Shown piece by piece: positions 60,561 to 64,000 of a stretch of DNA of 64,000 bases; the stretch's first letter is position 1; every line of letters begins with the position of its first letter. Source of the stretch: Spirogloea muscicola (lineage: Eukaryota); the NCBI GenBank assembly GCA_009602725.1, contig WELB01000026.1, forward strand, positions 283,990 to 347,989, in the 5' to 3' direction. The position numbers and the translations under genes were made by a program. The notes below the pieces were generated by a model. It saw only the letters and a list, made by a program, of their open reading frames with translations, had not been told where the DNA came from and made no database searches.

Positions 60561-61094
60561 TACGTATTACTCGCTCGCTCAGTAACCAACCTCGGGGGAG
60601 ACGGCACCGCTCGGGGGCCAGTTCGCCACGTGGCGGCTCGCCAGCCGCCAGCGTACGGGCAGCATTCGCGCAGCGGCCCGGCGAGCCCACGGCATCGAGC
60701 GCTTACCGCGGTGCTGGGTAAATCAAACTTGTCGTCTAACACCCCCGCCTTATCCGCCGGCCCCAGAAAGAATCCGGAGAGGGCTCGCATTGTTGTGGAG
60801 GGGGCCGGGGACGGCGCTGCCAGCCAACGTTGCGCCTTAGCGGCGCCACATGACGGCCGCGCCACAATTTCGACGATAAAAGCCCGACCGATATATTTTG
60901 CTCATGAACACCCTCTGTATGCACCTGGCTGGCCTTTACAGCCGCTCATTTAATACTGGCAGCCGCAGCCTGTCTATGTGCTGCCGCGCCACGAACTCCC
61001 ACACACGGAGCCCTGCCGATCCCTGCCGAGCCAGCGGCGGGCGGCCCGCAGGACGCGGCGCGCCTCGCGGCGGCCCCCGCGGGCCCCCCCGCTN

Positions 61095-64000
61095 CGGCCC
61101 GCCGCCGCGTCACCGTCGCGCGGCCTCGCCGACGAGGCCGCCTCGCTCAAGCGCACCGCGCTGTATGACTTCCACGTCCAGCACGGCGGCAAGATGGTGC
61201 CGTTCGCGGGGTACAGCATGCCAATTCAGTACAAGGACAGCATCATCGACTCGACGCTCAACTGCCGCAGCAACGGCAGCCTCTTCGACGTCTCCCACAT
61301 GTGCGGCCTCAGCCTCAAGGTCAGTCGGCGGCTCGGCGGCTCGATGGCTTGATCGACACAGGCAATCGCAGGCGCTGCGACTGTCTGGTCATAGAGGTCA
61401 CACAATGCAGGGCCGCTGCACGGCTAGCAGTTAAGACGGGGCCTTCGCGAGACCCTCAGCACGCCTGCCAGGGAAGGGACTTGCAATGCCGACCGTTGAA
61501 GTGATTCTTATTCTATGATCTCAGCTGCACGGTGTATAGGACTGATACTTGTGCAGAAGGAGCGAGTTCATTGGTAGTCGCATTCGCAGCTGTTCATGCA
61601 GCTGCTCCTATGCAGTCCAGTCTCTTCCTGTCTGGCTCTGTCGCTTACACACCCACGCGTGCCAAATGCAAGTACTGCCGGATATATCACATGTCAGCAA
61701 TGTTCGCAATGCTGCTGCTAGAGGTCAGCAGCTTGAGCTCTGACTCAGGCTGTCAATACATGCAGGGCAAGGACAGCATTCCCTTCCTGGAGACCTTGGT
61801 GGTCGGAGACCTTGCTAGCCTGAAGCTCGGGACTGGCAGTCTATCTGTCTTCACTAATGAGAAGGGGGGTGAGCTGCAGTGGCTTACCTTGGCTTAAGAG
61901 ATCGAACAAATTGTATTCATTCTTTTGACTCATGGTGAAGATGTTGCGCCTTTCTAAGACAATCTTTACTCCATACCTTACTTCACAGCTGATAGTCATC
62001 TTGTACTAAGCAATAACAGCCTACCTGTCCTATGCCCTTGCGTTATGCATATCCACAACTGATCAACTTGGACCTTTTGCTGCAGGCGTCATTGATGACA
62101 CAGTCATCTCAAAGCTGGCCGATGATCACATCTACCTAGTTCTAAATGCTGGCTGCCGTGACAAGGACCTAGGTGAGCCTTCACTTGCTCCTCAGCTTGT
62201 AAGCAGCCTCAAATTGTAGCAATTGCTTCTTGTTCTTGGTCGCTCGATCGCTGTTGTCAGGTGGATGTAGATGGCACATCCATGACGTACATATTGCTCT
62301 GTTTGCCTGAAATCTGGTGCGGAAGTTGAAGCACCAATCCTGACATTTGTGTTTGTCAGAGCATATTGAGAAGCATCTAAAGCCGTATCAGGGCAAAGGC
62401 AAGGACGTAGCGTGGCACATACACGATGACCGGTCCTTGCTGGCCCTTCAAGGCCCCCTTGCGCCTTCAGCCCTCCAGAAGCTGACTACAGAGGACCTCA
62501 GCAAGCTCTACTTCAGCGACATTAAGCTGACAAAAATAAATGGGGCAGACTGCTTCTTGACACGCACAGGGTGAGCGTAGAGCAGCTACTGGGGTTTTGC
62601 ATATGTTTGCATGTTGTGCATTGATCTTAGATCTCTACTACCTATTATTGTCTAGCAATACTTAGTAACCAGCATTGTTGTTAGCAAGACAACCTGAGAT
62701 TGTCCCATGTTGTAGCAGTCTTTTTATCTATTGCCGGCATGCCCATGTGCCTACTCGAGTGTGATGTGCAAGAGGTCACTACCAACATGCCCACGTGCCT
62801 GCTTAAGTTTCTTGATGCAAACAGGTACACTGGCGAGGATGGATTTGAGATCTCTGTTCCCTCTGAGCATGCTGTGGAGCTTGCAAAGAAGATATTGGAA
62901 GCATCTGAAGACAAGGTAAGATTGACAGGTCTTGGAGCAAGAGACAGCTTGCGATTGGAGGCGGGCCTCTGCCTGTATGGCAACGACCTGGAGCAACATG
63001 TCACGCCAATTGAGGCTGGGCTCGCTTGGACAGTCGGCAAGAGGTGCGCATCTCAAAGCTGTCATGTTAGACGGTCCTGCTTGACTATGTTGCTTGTTGG
63101 GCTTGCATGCTTACAAAGATTTATTCTCAATGGAAGCAGCACTTACGCTTGTCATCACATGGGTTTTGAGTACCATCAAAATGCTGTGTGATGTGAGCCA
63201 CTCTTGCAGACGACGCTCAGAGGGAGGCTTCCTTGGCTCTGACACTATACTGAAGCAAATTTCAGAGGGTCCCTCCATCAGGCGTGTTGGCATCATATCG
63301 AGTGGTGCTCCTGCTCGCCAGTACGTCTCTGCCGGTTCACCGGATAGGAGGGTAGTCACATCGCAAGCTCACGATGTTCATATAGTATGCAGGCCAGCTA
63401 GCAATGTCCGCTTTTGCCTCTCCATCAGCTTGTAGAAGCATGCCAAGCCAGTAGGAAGGCAGCTGGTAATCGGATTGGTGGCGGCACTCATGCAGTCATG
63501 CAGAGATCCTTGACGAGGCTGGCAATCAGGCTCTTGGCGAGGTCACTTCTGGAGGATTTAGCCCGTGTTTGAAGAAGAATATAGCCATGGGCTATGTGAA
63601 AAGTGGAAATCACAAAAGTGGCACACAACTCAAGGTTCGTGTGTTTTGGAAAGTTTTCTTGAGACCACCTCAGGGTGTTCATGTGACGCAGGCCAGTAGA
63701 GTGAAACATGTAATGCAGAAGCTAGCACTTACTGATAGGGAAAGATTGAAGAAAGTGCGTAGTAGACTAGATTACTTTGTCTTTGTCTTTCTCGAGCGAG
63801 TTGTACCTTCCACGACCAACTTGATGTTGACCACAAGGCATTTCCAGGCCACGTGCTTCTCTCTGCTCGACACCCCTTGACAAGGCCCTCTGGAACTCAT
63901 CATCTGGAACGCTGTGCCATCTTTCAATTTGGCAGGTGAAAGTTCGCGGCAAGGTCAATGACGGAGTCGTAACCAAGATGCCATTTGTGCCGACCAAATA
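61095..64000 (+). CDS. GCVT: Glycine cleavage system T protein (aminomethyltransferase), mitochondrial; runs off the window end
   Basis: [101 protein letters not shown] and [10 protein letters not shown]. Confidence 0.96.

Overview
Eukaryotic, intron-rich, GC-rich nuclear DNA. The gene content suggests a streptophyte green alga, possibly Zygnematophyceae-like; this is an inference. The assembly has N-gaps at GCC-rich 5' ends of genes. Fourteen spliced protein-coding genes are recognisable: a 3xHMG-box protein, a core alpha-1,3-fucosyltransferase, a plastid DnaJ, a RH58-like DEAD-box helicase, an NAD(P)-binding Rossmann protein, plastid EF-G, an F-box/LRR protein, RPS15, sucrose-phosphate synthase, a JmjC protein, a histidine-phosphatase/PGM-like protein, NUB1, a Methyltransf_22/FkbM-like protein and glycine-cleavage T protein. 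The intergenic DNA is dominated by several related subfamilies of a non-LTR retrotransposon with a restriction-like endonuclease (CRE-like). It occurs as dozens of very short 5'-truncated copies that share the C-terminal peptide '...RAGRALAAASG...SDLxLLTRGY*', and most share a structured 3' end. The copies repeatedly insert into one another with 6-12 bp target-site duplications, mostly at CTT..YAG sites. One PIF/Harbinger-type MITE is present, with a paralogous empty site in the same window. Exon boundaries were read by eye and no database searches were run.
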